This document shows, piece by piece, positions 1-12,700 of a stretch of 64,000 bases of DNA. Position 1 is the stretch's first letter. Each line of letters begins with the position of its first letter. Where the stretch lies: positions 341,372,001-341,436,000 of the forward strand of contig OZ024743.1 of NCBI GenBank assembly GCA_964016885.1. Direction: 5' to 3'. The position numbers and the translations under genes were made by a program. The DNA is from Eledone cirrhosa (Eukaryota). Under the pieces are notes generated by a model. It was not told the DNA's origin and made no database searches. It saw nothing but the letters and a program-made list of their open reading frames with translations.

Positions 1-329
1 TTTTCTTTCCGTGGCGGAAGCAATTTTATGAGACAGTATACTTTAAAATGAATACTTGTAAATCTTTCAGCACATCAACGTCTTTCTTTCTCAATCAGGA
101 AGCTTGGTTACTTGAAAGAAAGAAAAAGATTTGATCACAAAGAAAAACATTTTTCCTATTTGTCTTATCTATATGACAATCCAATCAGTGTTCACAGTTA
201 TATAATCCCACAAAATGCACGTCATAAATGTTTAGAAACTTCAGAAGGCTCCAAAAACTTCTAGCACGTCCCAGAAAGTCCTAGAAGGCTACACAAAGTC
301 AGTGCTACTATATTTAAATACTATTTTAT

Positions 330-377
330 ATACGATTATATATATATTAATATGTATATATATAAATATATATATAC

Positions 378-454
<77 letters not shown>

Positions 455-567
455 ATATATATATATTTCGTTTCTGAATTTGTTTAGCAAGATTCTTTAT
501 CTGAAATCGTGTGTTGAAACCGATATTGTTATACTTTGGGAGGGTCATGTTGCCAATAATATATATA

Positions 568-602
<35 letters not shown>
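330..602. repeat. (TA)n microsatellites flanking a ~90-bp dispersed-repeat fragment (466-560)
   Basis: Direct TA runs. The motif ATTGTTATACTTTGGGAGGGTCAT (~525-548) recurs almost identically near 55320-55343. Confidence 0.8.
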
Positions 603-605
<3 letters not shown>

Positions 606-654
606 TGACGTAAAATAAGGAAATTATAAAAATTAACTTACTTACTAAAATTTC

Positions 655-737
655 ACTCCAACTAATTAGTTTCTGAAAGGAAAAAAACATGGTTTCCGAA
701 TGGAGAGCATGGAGAAGCCGTTTCGTCTTCAGGAAGT
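655..737 (-). ncRNA. Type I hammerhead ribozyme motif (Penelope/retrozyme-like) within a ~490-bp segment bounded by (TA)n
   Basis: Minus strand reads ACUUC-CUGAAGA-C-GAAA(C)GG...CC-UUUC-A-GAAA-CUAAUUAG-UU-GGAGU. Stem I is ACUUC/GGAGU, the cores are CUGANGA and GAAA, stem III is palindromic (ACUAAUUAGU) and the triplet is GUU. Confidence 0.65.
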
Positions 738-1085
738 CTGTTCTCAGCTAATATACCTGGCGATGCGTGGACACGGGGAACTTATACAAAAATAATTCAG
801 TGGATGGAAAAAAGCAAGCGTGGACTAAATTCCAAGACATTGAAAAAAATCACTGCCTATTTGGTCGGTGGCAAATTCAAAAGAATCAATCACGTGACAT
901 CGAGGGTAATCAGTGTTGAGTGGGGTGTTAAAAAGACAGTAGCCAAGCTGTTACTATGAACTATAGTAGCAGTTTTGGCAAATGTTTGCTCAACAAAATA
1001 ATTTGGAGATAATTATAAAGAATTAGTATATCTACCAACATATATATACAGATTCATACCTATGCTAGAAAATATATAGGTTGTG

Positions 1086-1139
<54 letters not shown>

Positions 1140-2201
1140 ATAATAATAATAATAGTAAATGTGAAGACTAAAATCCGAAGAGGGCTCGATAAGGTTAATA
1201 TATATGTAAATATCTAAAACCATAGAGCAATTATTTATTAAAATAACATATATTAAAGTTTAATCTGTTATTTTAAAATATATATATATATATGCGTGTG
1301 TGTGTGGGGGGGGGGGTGTATATGTGCGACGCGCGTGTGCTTGTGTGTTAACAATTTCACTACAGCAATCAATGCTAAGTCAATATTAAGAGAATGCATA
1401 TGGGTACTATCTGAAATCACCGATACAGGTAAAAAAATACTACTCTAATGGCTGAGAATCATAAATGTGACAGCAAGATTGTTCTTTACGACACAGGATT
1501 AATAATAATAATTACAAAAAAGCACTTAACACGAACTAAATATAGAATATTGTCAGATTTGTCAGAAAGAATTATCACATTGTCTCGGTAGGGGCCAGCT
1601 ATATCCAGGACACAAAGTTAGAATTTTCATACACTCGAAAGAGTGACAACCAACAGAAAACAGGTGGTATAGATAAATAGCAAAAATATGAGAAAGTATC
1701 TATACTTCGAGATTTGCCAATTCACTCAAACGGAGAGTTAAAGTATAATCAACCGTATACAGCTGCTAGGGGCCCCAATGGAGGGTATTTCATCTTCATT
1801 GAAGTAGGTTCTCGAACAGAATATAAGCCTCTAAAATATATCTGGAAACAGATAGCTAGAACGTGAGAATTAAAACACAAATAATACATATTGTAATAGA
1901 AGGCTTTGTGAATGATTTAAAATACGCATAAACATACAGAAATAAATGCTAAGGATTAGCAGTTATAAACCACATACAATGACAAAAACCCACGCATAAC
2001 ATGATATAAATTCGAAAATCTAAATAAAACTCTGGATCTCCCAAAGACACGGAGTGGTGTGTTCAGTGGAATAGGTGGTACAATGAACACACTATAACAC
2101 TGACTATTCACACGACTATAGTCCATAGAAACACTATTGAAACGCGTAACACTAATCATACAGTATAAATGAATCATGTTGACTACCTAAAAAAATAATG
2201 A

Positions 2202-2324
2202 TTTCTACTATAGGCACAAGGCCAGCAATTCGAGCAGAGGGGTAAAGTCGATTAAATCGACCCAGTGCATTACTGGTGCTATATTTTGTAAGGCAAAACT
2301 AACCTCGGTGGGATTTGAACTCAC
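2202..2324 (-). mobile_element. tRNA-derived SINE fragment
   Basis: Reverse complement contains the B-box-like GAGTTCAAATCC and the tail TTGCTGGCCTTGTGCC..AGTAGAAA shared with copies at 2377-2675 and 51471-51853. Confidence 0.65.
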
Positions 2325-2376
2325 CACTCAACAAAATAATAACATATATTCCACGCAGTCTACATAACAACAACAG

Positions 2377-2675
2377 GATTGGTAGTATCGGTAGAGAGTC
2401 GGGCGCCATGCTTTACAACATAGAGTTACGGCCCTTTACGGTTTGAGTTCAAATCTTGTCGAGGTTAACTTTGCACCAGAAACGCACTGGGCTAATTGCT
2501 GGCCTTGTGCCAAAAGTAGAAACAATTCTTACCTGACGAAGCTGGAAAATTCTTGCATTTTACTAACCTAAGACTGCATTCTAAAACTACAACAGAGTTA
2601 CGGCCCTTTACGGTTTGAGTTCAAATCCTGTCTAGGGCTTATTGCTGGCCTTGTGCCAAAAGTAGAAACAATTAT
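2377..2675 (+). mobile_element. Two internally deleted copies of the same tRNA-derived SINE (2377-2527; 2594-2675)
   Basis: AGAGTTACGGCCCTTTACGGTTTGAGTTCAAATC and ATTGCTGGCCTTGTGCCAAAAGTAGAAACAATT each occur twice; B-box-like GAGTTCAAAT. Confidence 0.65.
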
Positions 2676-3284
2676 TATGACAGCTGTGGCGTGACGCAGT
2701 TTCGCTTATATTCAAAATTGCGTTATTCACTAAAAATGATATATATAAGTGTCAATTAAATCCTAGCAAATATGTCGACATGTACTAACGTAGTAGTATA
2801 ATAAATAGTTTAACGCTCCCATCTTCCAACCTTCAACGTCATCATTAGTAACAAGGAAAGAATTATTAATATCGTCTTAATTATACTCATGAATGTCAAA
2901 ATCGTTGTCATCAACGATATCATCATCATTACTATCATAATAATCGTCGACAATGACATTCTAATACACAATATCATTAACACACCAGTTTTATCATGGT
3001 TATATTTCCCCGTAGTCGTAATCTCGGTATCATTATCGCAATACTGAAGATCGATATCAGAGCGAATATTTTCCTTCCATCGTTCGAATTATGATTTCTA
3101 TTCATATATGAAATCTTCGACCACATTCGATAATTTGATTACTTCACTCGTTCTATGCTTATCTCCCCCTCACACATTCTCTCTCTATATATAAAGGCAT
3201 ATAGATATGTATGAAGTTATATTCATTCATACATATGCTCATATACATCTGTATATACATATATATACATGCACTCACTAACTC

Positions 3285-3287
3285 ACA

Positions 3288-3365
<78 letters not shown>

Positions 3366-3428
3366 CACACACACACACACGCACACACACACACACACAC
3401 ACGCACACACACATATATATATATATAT
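3285..3428. repeat. (CA)n/(TA)n microsatellite
   Basis: Direct sequence. Confidence 0.95.
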
Positions 3429-3904
3429 GGATGTTTGCGTGACTGTGTATGTGCTTGTTTATGTAAATAAGCGTGTATATATATACTATCGTGTGTCTAC
3501 AAATGTAACCTTACTTTAAGTTGTCGGGAAGTCTTTCTATCGACTGTTAATAATTTACCATGATTGCGATTGGCATCGGAGCGATTAAAGTATTAATAGT
3601 TTGCTCTCGCAAAGTCGCGATCATATATTTAGATGTACATTGAATCGACATTCATCACTATGGTGCCAAACAGAGACAACACGGAATAGATTTCAAATCT
3701 AATCTATTGCTATAAAGCTTTTCTAATAAATCTTTCTCACAGAATATCGGTAGTATTTACTGGGACATTTTGGATATTACGTTAGGTCTTATAAATGAAG
3801 GCATTTCAAATTCGACCTACGTTCAGTTATATTGGTATTAATGGCTCAATGTGTGTATATATGCATATCTACGTAGGTGAATCTCTAAATATCTACCTAA
3901 CATT

Positions 3905-3905
<1 letters not shown>

Positions 3906-4001
<96 letters not shown>

Positions 4002-4024
4002 CGTGTGTGTGTGTGTGAGTGTGT
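3906..4024. repeat. (TG)n microsatellite
   Basis: Direct sequence. Confidence 0.95.
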
Positions 4025-4489
4025 CAACGATTCATTTGTGAATGCCTATAGGTACATATTTATAAATGTATATGCATGTATGTAGGTTTGTATGTACGCA
4101 CAGGTAGGGTACACAGGAGAGAAATGTATTATGAAAACATGTGGAGTTGAGAATATTTATATTAACACTTTGAATTATTTTGGCGTTATCAAACTGTTTC
4201 GTGCCAGTAAAAATTAGAAAAGTTGTTTGTATATGGTGGCTGCCAACTCGTTTTCGAGTATGGCCACTACTTTATATCCATGTAGGAGAACCCCTACCGA
4301 TGCGCTGAACGAGTGTGAATTTTTAGTCCAGCCAGCGACTTGAAAACTCTGGCATAAACACTACACTTGTGACAATTATTGACACATAGTGCTGGGCCCT
4401 TGGTACCATGTGACGACAAGTGCAGAGAGATCTCCAGATATAAAGCAATGCCTGTTCCGTGAACCTTTTATAGTGAGCAAAAGCACTGC

Positions 4490-4851
4490 ACAAAGCCAGT
4501 CCCACTCTCTTAACCAAGATGATATTTACCAAAAAGAAGAACAAGTCAACATCATTGGATACCATCAGGGTTGCAGGTGTTATATCAGAGTTTTCCTTCT
4601 CCTAGAATTCTGCCTTGACAAAGGCTAAGGGGTCATCTCTCCCGGTGATTTTGGATGGCCACTGACTCTTAAGAGCTCCTTTGCCCTTTGACAGGTTTTG
4701 GTTTTAGTCCTGCAGGATGTCCAAAGTGACCCTCCTCACCAAGAAACCTTGGTGGCGTTACCAGTTTAGTCGCCAACGACCCGACCATGAGGCAGGTTGT
4801 ACTGGGATACAGGTTACCAGTAGCACCAACTGGTGACCTGACAAAGTTGTT

Positions 4852-4852
<1 letters not shown>
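4490..4852 (-). mobile_element. RTE-clade LINE 5'UTR-like fragment
   Basis: Minus strand carries CTAGGAGAAGGAAAACTCTGA, which I recognise from RTE 5'UTRs (recollection, not searched). A related decayed segment lies at ~50960-51140. Confidence 0.45.
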
Positions 4853-4910
<58 letters not shown>

Positions 4911-5129
4911 TAGAATTGGCGCTCTGAAATAGCGATATATACATGAATGTATATATAGTGTATTTTGCAATACACTGTATGCTTAATTAAAAGCATTCTG
5001 AAGACCTTACGCTATTGTTTTAGAATAGTGACAGTCTTGCTTACTTTTAATTTTCAGCAAACAGGGGAGATAAAGCTGACAGAGCTGTGTTTCGTACTGA
5101 TTGGTACTTATCAAAGCCAAGTACTCCAT

Positions 5130-7045
5130 CTGTTTGCTGATAAGTACCAATGGAGCATGCAAGCTTCGTTCCTCTCCACTCTGAGCAGATCTGCACACAA
5201 TGCCCATGTCTCACTGCCATGTAACATTGCTGTTCATATGCAGGCATCATACAGTCTGCCTTTCATTTTTAGAGAGAAACCTTTGGCGGCCAATAGTGGT
5301 ATAAGCTCTCTGAACCTTTTCCATCCCGTTCTGACTCTGGCTACTGTACTTTCAGAGCACCCTCCACCACTGCTGATTTTGTAACCCAGGTAATGGAAGG
5401 TGTCCACTATTTCTATAGAACCATCTGGGTAGTGGAAGGAGCTAGTATCCTGTGGGCACTTGCTACTTATTGCACCTGAGCACCGGCCACATATAAAATC
5501 TACATTCTTAGATAGCTTACCTGTGATACCACTACATCATTTCTGCACTCATACTTTGCATTTGGGACATAACATGGAATGTCTGCCTATTCCTTCCCTA
5601 CACACTGAGCATGGCCATTTCCCAGAGCGGACATGTACCCTATTTTCCTTCCTACATACTAGAACTTTAGTCTCAGACAAGTTAACTTTAAGGCCTTTTT
5701 ATTCTAGGCCATGCTTCCATGTTTGGAATTTCTTCTCTAGTTCAGCCATTGATTCACCTATGAGCGTTAGATCATCTCCATATAGAAGTTCCCATGGGCA
5801 GCCGGTCTTGAAATCCTCTGTTATAGCCTGAAGGGCAATAGTAAATAGGAGGGGGCTAAGGAGAGAGACTTGATGAACACCAACTTTTACGCTAAATTCT
5901 TCACTATATTCGTTGTTAATTCTAACCTTGCTGACTGTTTCTTTATACATGGCTTGTATAGATCTCACAAGCTATTCATCAACACCTAGTTTTCTAAGAG
6001 CCCACCAGATAATGGAGCGAGGGACTTTGTCAAAGGCTTTCTCCAGGTCTACGAAAGCTAAATAGAGGGGTTCACGTTTAGCTAGGTACTTCTCCTGTAG
6101 TTGTCGTACAAGGAAAAAAGCGTCTGTCGTACCTTTACCTGACACAAACCCAAACTGCATTTCATCTATATCAATTCGCTCTCTGATTAGTTGCGCTAAA
6201 ACTCTTTCTGTGACCTTCATGACCTGGTCAATTAATTTAATGCCCCTTTAGTTTCCCCTATCTAGGCCATCTCCTTTAACCTTGTAGCAGTTAATGGGGA
6301 TGCTGCTATGCCAGTCGTTTGGTATGACACCATTCTGTATGACTTCGTTTACTATCCAGGTGACCATAGTGTGTCCCACCGATCCAGATCCTTTCAGCAT
6401 TTCAGAGACTATCTCCGAAGGCCCATCTGCTTTGCCTTTCTTTATAACTTTGATTGCCTTACTTATTATACTACCTTCACCTTGCACTGCTGGTCCCTCT
6501 ATTGGAACTATTTGGAGTAGACTATCTTTTTTCCCATTTATTCTCCTCGTTTAGTAGCCTCTCGTAGTGACACTTCCAAGCTACCTTCTTATTAGCATCA
6601 GAGATGGCAAGTACATCATCATCCTTACGGACTTCTTCTCCCCGACAATATCCCGGTTTTCCTTAACACATTGTCTAGCAATCCTGAACACCTCACGTTT
6701 TTGGTCCTCACGTTGTAGAACATGCTTGATCTTTCTTTCCTCTGCTTCCCTTCTTGCAAAGTACACTTGTCTTCTAGCTTCCCTCCTGGCCACTTGATAG
6801 TGTTCTCTACCTCCCCCATCCCGCCATACTTTCAAAGCCTTCTTTTTAACTTTGATTGACTCCTGCACCTTACTGTTCCACCCCCAGGTTCCTCTTCCCC
6901 TGCCTATAGGTCTGCTCCAGCCACATATTTCATCTGTCGCCTTCAGTAGGTTAACTTTCAGCTATTCCCACTGGTCTTCTATAGTGAACGTCTCTAATTG
7001 ATCTTCCTTACTGTCAAAAGAATCAAGTAATATGCTTTTAAATGT
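5130..7045 (-). pseudogene. Decayed RTE-clade LINE reverse transcriptase
   Basis: Broken ORFs carry EMQFGFVSGKGTTDA, AFVDLEKAFD, VGVHQVSLLSPLLF and LLYGDDL, with multiple stops and frameshifts. Confidence 0.85.
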
Positions 7046-7452
7046 GTTACTGGTGGCAGCGATGATGCAGTGGCGACGGTGGTGACGGGGTAGTAGTACT
7101 GAAGTGATGGTGCTGTTGCTGCTGTTGGTTTGTATCTAGCTAAATTGTTTGTGGTGGTTGCGGCGGTGGTGGTGCTGGTGATGAAATTATTTGACTGTTG
7201 TTTTCTTCCATTTGTGACCATTTGTAACCATTTCCTTTTTTTACTATAAAATTTCTGATAAAAAATTAAATATTAAATATTGGAGCCCAATGACATAATG
7301 TTATGCGTGTCACTTCCTGAGAGTTGGATTGATGTCTTATGTCCCATTTGTAATAAGAATTATTCTATTACAATTGTTTTAAATATGTAAAAAATCAAAA
7401 CTTACGGGAGCGATTCCATAAGACTCTATCCACCATGTGCGTATTCTTCCGT
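7046..7452 (-). mobile_element. 5'UTR and ORF1 start of a diverged Tx1-like relative, head-to-head with copy A1
   Basis: Reverse complement aligns by eye with the A-family 5'UTR (CGCTCCCGTAAGTTTTGATTT vs AGCTCCGCAAAGGTTTGTTATTT; CCAATATTTAATATTTAATTTTTTATCAGAAATTT..AAATGG vs CCAAAATTTAAACTTTTATTATTATCAAAAAATTT..AAATGG) and is followed by a Thr-rich ORF. Confidence 0.5.
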
Positions 7453-7457
7453 TTATT

Positions 7458-7499
<42 letters not shown>

Positions 7500-7707
7500 G
7501 GCGACCTACGTAGTAAATCGTATCATCGTGAGCTCCGCAAAGGTTTGTTATTTACGTTTGTTAAAAATTGTCATTTATGGAAAATTTTATTGTTAACTGT
7601 TTATAAGCGCACATACAATGTTTTCCGAAAAGGACACCCAAAAAGATTGGGGCCTTGTGCCCAAAATTTAAACTTTTATTATTATCAAAAAATTTCTTTG
7701 AAAAAAA

Positions 7708-9676
7708 ATGGCTAATTCACCTCTGCAACAAGCAACTGAAAGCCTTCCTCACAAATTAACACCTCACACCGACACCACTATTGTAAATGTTACTACGTTT
7801 GCCAACACAAAAAAAAATATATGCAGTATTTTAAATTTGTCTCAGGCAGACATTCATTTCCCGCCATTACCAATGACTGCAGGTGTTAAAGCCTCCACCA
7901 CCACCGCGACAACCACCACCACCACCACCACCGCGACAACAGAAACAAAAGAAGAAAAAAATAAATTAACTCGTGACGTCGAAATGAAATCAAGCAAAAT
8001 GGACTCTTCCCCACCAAAGACGACTGACGTCACCACAACTGAAAATAAAATTAATATTAACGATAGCAACAACAACAACAATGACATTATAAAACCGACC
8101 CTCAGTTTCGCCATCGTAGCAAAACAATTCGAAGCGTTCACGGTAACTCAAGAAGATTTAGAAAATGCCAAACAAATGGTAAAGAAAGATGGGTACAGGG
8201 TCAGCCTCAACCCCCCACCTAATAAAATGGAGCATCGGCGCCTATGCACCGTGTCGTATAGAACAATAAATGTAAAATCGCGCCGAGTGGAACGGGCATC
8301 CGAGTCCCAAATCCAAAAAGCTTTGGGACATGTGTGGGCAAGAAAAACCCACATCAGACGTGGGCAAAAGTATGGAACCGTGGATGTGTTCTTTGAAACA
8401 CCAGAGGAGGCTAGAGAACACTCCATGGCCCCATTAAAAAGTGACGACTTCACACTCGTCCCAAGCTATTGTGGCCAGAGACTCGTAAAGATCAGGGTGA
8501 CCCACGTTCCACCGGCCATCGAAATTCCCTGGCTAATAGCAGCTGTCATCGCCGGCATCGAGGCCAACACGAAAATAATAACAATAGCAAAAGAAAAGCA
8601 GGAAAACTGGTCCGGATCTGGGATGGAGCTCCTGATCCAAGCGGACCAAAAAAGCATTGAGGAGATCCCAGAGGTAATAGACCTCACTGACGACAGCCAC
8701 CTCACGGTAATTGTCGAGGGCAGAAGACCTAGGTGTGTCGTTTGTGGTGAAGGAACCCACCTAAGGGCTTTCTGCCCTCAGGCTAAAAGGTTGAGGCCAC
8801 CTCTCCTACCCACCCCAGTGACACAACCATCAACACCACCAGTAGCAGAGACGCCAGCAACAACTGTAGCAGCAACAACAGAAGCAACTATAACAGCAAC
8901 AACCCCAGCAACAGTAGCAAAACCAACACCACTACCACCACCAGCAAAACCAACACCACCACCACCCAACGCTTCAGAACTAGCACCAGCACCTACACCA
9001 TCCACCACACCACAACCAAAACTAACGGCTGTGGAGGATTTTCCACTCCCCGGCCTATCACAACTGGAGACAGATTGTGACGACGAGGAGTGGGAAACGA
9101 TATCCGGTAAAAAAAAAAGAAACCAAAAAAGAAAAAAATTCTCTTCCTTCCCCCTCCAAAAACAAAATACAGAGGGAAACAAATAAACTAAGAAACAAAA
9201 AAGTTAGGACAGATATGCCACCATCCACACCAGCATCACCAACCCCATCAACCCAAACACCAACACCATCACCATCATTAACTCCAACACCACCATCACC
9301 TACACCACAAAAGTCACCAAAGAGCGTAACAGAAACAAACCCACAACAAACGCAAACAAAACAAAACAACCAAAACGATACACACTACACAGCATTAAAT
9401 TTGAACAACAAGCAATTATTACACTACATCCAACACAACACCAGCATCACAGAAAAAGACTACACAACAACCCCAAAATTCACACCACCTCCACACATAC
9501 AAATCACTCGCATCACACAGAAAACGTACATGACACTAAAACAAAAATTCCCCAAAGACATCGGAGACTTCCGACAAGCACTCTCCAGGAGGATTTATAA
9601 GGACATCCTTCCTGAGGAGGCCACAAGCAGTGAAAAGGATGGAAAAGCCGTCCTTCCCCTACGAGAAGTAAGGTAA
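7708..9676 (+). CDS. ORF1 gag-like protein with CCHC zinc knuckle; single +1 frameshift in an A-run (~9132-9138)
   Basis: CVVCGEGTHLRAFC = CX2CX4HX4C, followed by a Pro/Thr-rich linker. Copy 3 reads through this site with one fewer A. Confidence 0.85.
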
Positions 9677-9710
9677 GTGGTCTTTCCCATCTTTTCCACC
9701 CCTTTTCAAC

Positions 9711-12700
9711 ATGACCTCACTCAGAATAGGCAGCATAAATGCGCGTGGCTTGGGGTCGTCATGGAAGCAGGGCCACCTGCTCAACGACCTCAGGTCACTA
9801 AACATAGATGTAGTGGCCATCAGCGAGACCAGAATCTCCGAAGCACAGGCTTTCGCACCGATCTTCGGCGGCTACGATGTGTACGCATCTCCCAGCCGTC
9901 CGGGATCGGGAGGAGGAGTTGCTGTGCTTTTTCGGAGAGGTTTGGATCTTGCCATACGGGCCATCTTCCTGGACCCAGAAGGTAAGTTGGTGGTGCTGGA
10001 CGTGACCAGCGGAGACGGGCAAGCTTTCAGGTTAGTGGCCGTCTATGCCCCGACAGGAGCAGGGCGGCCTGATTTCTTCCGGCGTCTGGAGACTTTTCTT
10101 GGAACGTCCCGCTCTTTAGTGTTAGTGGGCGACTGGAACGGGATCTTAGATGCACGCTGGGATTGTGTGGGATTAGTGGATAGGGAAGGAGGGTGCAAGA
10201 GTCTCACCAACCTGCTCAGACGTTTTGAACTGTCTGACAGGTACCGAATGGATTTCCCGAATGTACCAATGTGGACTTGGACAAATCGTATAGGGTCATC
10301 CAGATCATATCTAGATAGAGTATTTTGTAGGGAAATAGATTGGTCTAGCATAGGCTGTCCACAATTCAAGATAGTCAGCTACACGGACCACAAATTCGTG
10401 ATCTGTGTGCTTGACTTAGATAGGCTTCATAGACAAGGACCCGGCTACTGGAAGCTAAACGCGTCCTTACCAGCGCGCAAGGCCTACAGAGACCGGATTA
10501 GCGAACTAGTTAAGCGGGCGTTGACGGGGGCCATCGTCAACAACAAGTGGTGGTTTGCTCTGAAAAGAGCAATTAGAATAGAGTCCATTAGGTTTAGTAA
10601 GACTTTAGCAATAGAGAAAAATAGAGCAGAGGGAGAATTAGTTAGAAAATTAGATGAGGCGCTTAGCAAAGGCATCGCGACCGACGTACTTGCGGCGAAA
10701 TTGGCCCTTGACCAATTCTTCAATGCAAAGCACGAAGGCTGCGTTCTCAGAGCTAGGGTGCGTGCTCTCAGACACGAGGGGACGAAAGCCGTTCAATGGG
10801 CCCGAGTGGCGGAGGCGCGTCGTGGCAACAAATCCACGATCCGGTCTTTGGTGGACCACGACGGGCGCATGCTACTCGATCCCGGGCAAATGTGTGAAGC
10901 TTTTCAGCGACACTTCGCTCAACTGTTCGGGGGCAGTGGCGGGCCGGATCGAGGGATGGACTTTAGTGTCTACCTCGACGGACTGCCGCGGCTTTCGGCC
11001 ACTGAGGCGGAGTGTTGCGAAAAGCCGATAACAACCGCTGAAGTACGGGATGCAATGACTAGTTGCACAAGGGGTAAATCGCCTGGTTTGGATGGTCTGC
11101 CCTATGAACTTTACGTACAAATGCCAAACTTGTTCGGAGGCCTCTTGGCGGACGTCTACTGCAACTGGCAACAGAACGGGAGAATTCCCAGCTCTGTGAG
11201 CCGAGGAGCGGTGGCGCTGCTGAGAAAGGATCCGAACAAGGGGGATAACATAGATAATTTTAGGCCCATAACTCTGCTAAACACAGAGTTCAAGATTTTG
11301 GCCAAGGTGCTAGCAAAGAGGTTGGCGCTTGTCGTTGGTGGTCTGGTGGGAGAGGCACAGACATGCGCCATTCCCGACAGATCCATCCACGACAACCTCC
11401 ACCTCATGCGATACATCGTAGAGAGGGTAGCTAGGGAACCTGGCACGGGTGGGTCTTTGATCAATTTAGATCAGTCGAAAGCCTTCGATAGGGTCGACCA
11501 TCGTTATCTAACGGCAGTCCTGAGGGCGGCTGGCTTTGGGCCCGTCTTCAGAGGCTGGATCGCTGCCATGCACAGCGACATCTGCTCTGTAGTGAGAGTG
11601 AACGGTCACCTTTCGGAACCGTTCAACATCATGCGCTCGGTCCGCCAAGGATGTCCCCTCTCGTCCCTATTGTACGTATTGACTCTCGAGCCATTACTGC
11701 ACAAACTGGAGACGTTGAGGGGGGTCCCGCGCGAACTAGGATGCGGAAGATCCGTGTCAGCATATGCCGACGATGTCACCGTAGTGGTGTCGAACGCCAA
11801 ACACATCGAGGCGATCGGCACTACACTAAGAGAATACGAAGCGGTGACAGGAGCAATGATCAACCAGGAAAAGTCAGTGGGCCTGCAGCTCGGCACCTGG
11901 AGAGGCAGGTCCATGCCGTCCAACAGCGTCGTCGGGCGCTGGACGGACGGACCGGTTAAATTGCTAGGGGTCTGGTTCGGTCCAGACCTCCAGACGGACA
12001 AAAACTGGGACGAGGTGACGAGCAGGGTGGCTTCTCTCACCCAGAAATGGGCCCAGAGGAAGCTATCCCTGAAAGGTCGAGCGGAGGTGGCGAATGCGTA
12101 CATCGCATCCGTCATCTACTACCGCCTGACCGTCGTACCTTGTCCTAAGCCCCGCCTGACTGCGCTGGAGCGTTTGCTCTTTCGCTTCTTGTGGAAGGGA
12201 CGCGCTCCGATGGTCAGGCGGTTCATCTGCTGTCAACACCCGCTACGTGGAGGGCTGGGCATGCCGTGGCTGATGATGCGCAGACACGCGCTCAGGCTAC
12301 GACATCTCCACCTCTTCCTCGACGGTGATCAGGTGTGGTCGCCGTTTGCAAGACACGTTTTTCCCCAGCTCGTCTCCTTGACGGAGCTGCAGTCCTGGGT
12401 CAAGCGAAGACCGAGAGGGAGCGCTTGGAGACTGGAATGTCTTCAGGCGCTCACAGGCCTCGATCAATCGGGCAATGTGATCGGTGGAAACTCCATCTTG
12501 GCGTTCTATAGGGGATTAGTGGAGGGGAAGAGCGACGACGTACTTGGAGAAAATCTAGGCGTCGACGAAAATCATCTAGCCAATCTCTTCGGAAGGACTT
12601 TCGGGCCGGGGCCTATGGACAACTTCCAGAAATCCCTGGCCTGGCAGTGCTACCGAGGAGCTTTGCCAGTTCGGGATAAACTCTACAGGCATGGAGGTGC

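Noticed and set aside
1160-1275. CCGAAGAGG motif suggesting another hammerhead
   Set aside because: No matching GAAA, stem III or stem I found.
9100-9145. Programmed ribosomal frameshift in the ORF1 A-run
   Set aside because: Run length differs among copies and copy 3 is open. Copy 1 would need a +1 shift, not -1. Homopolymer mutation or sequencing error is simpler.
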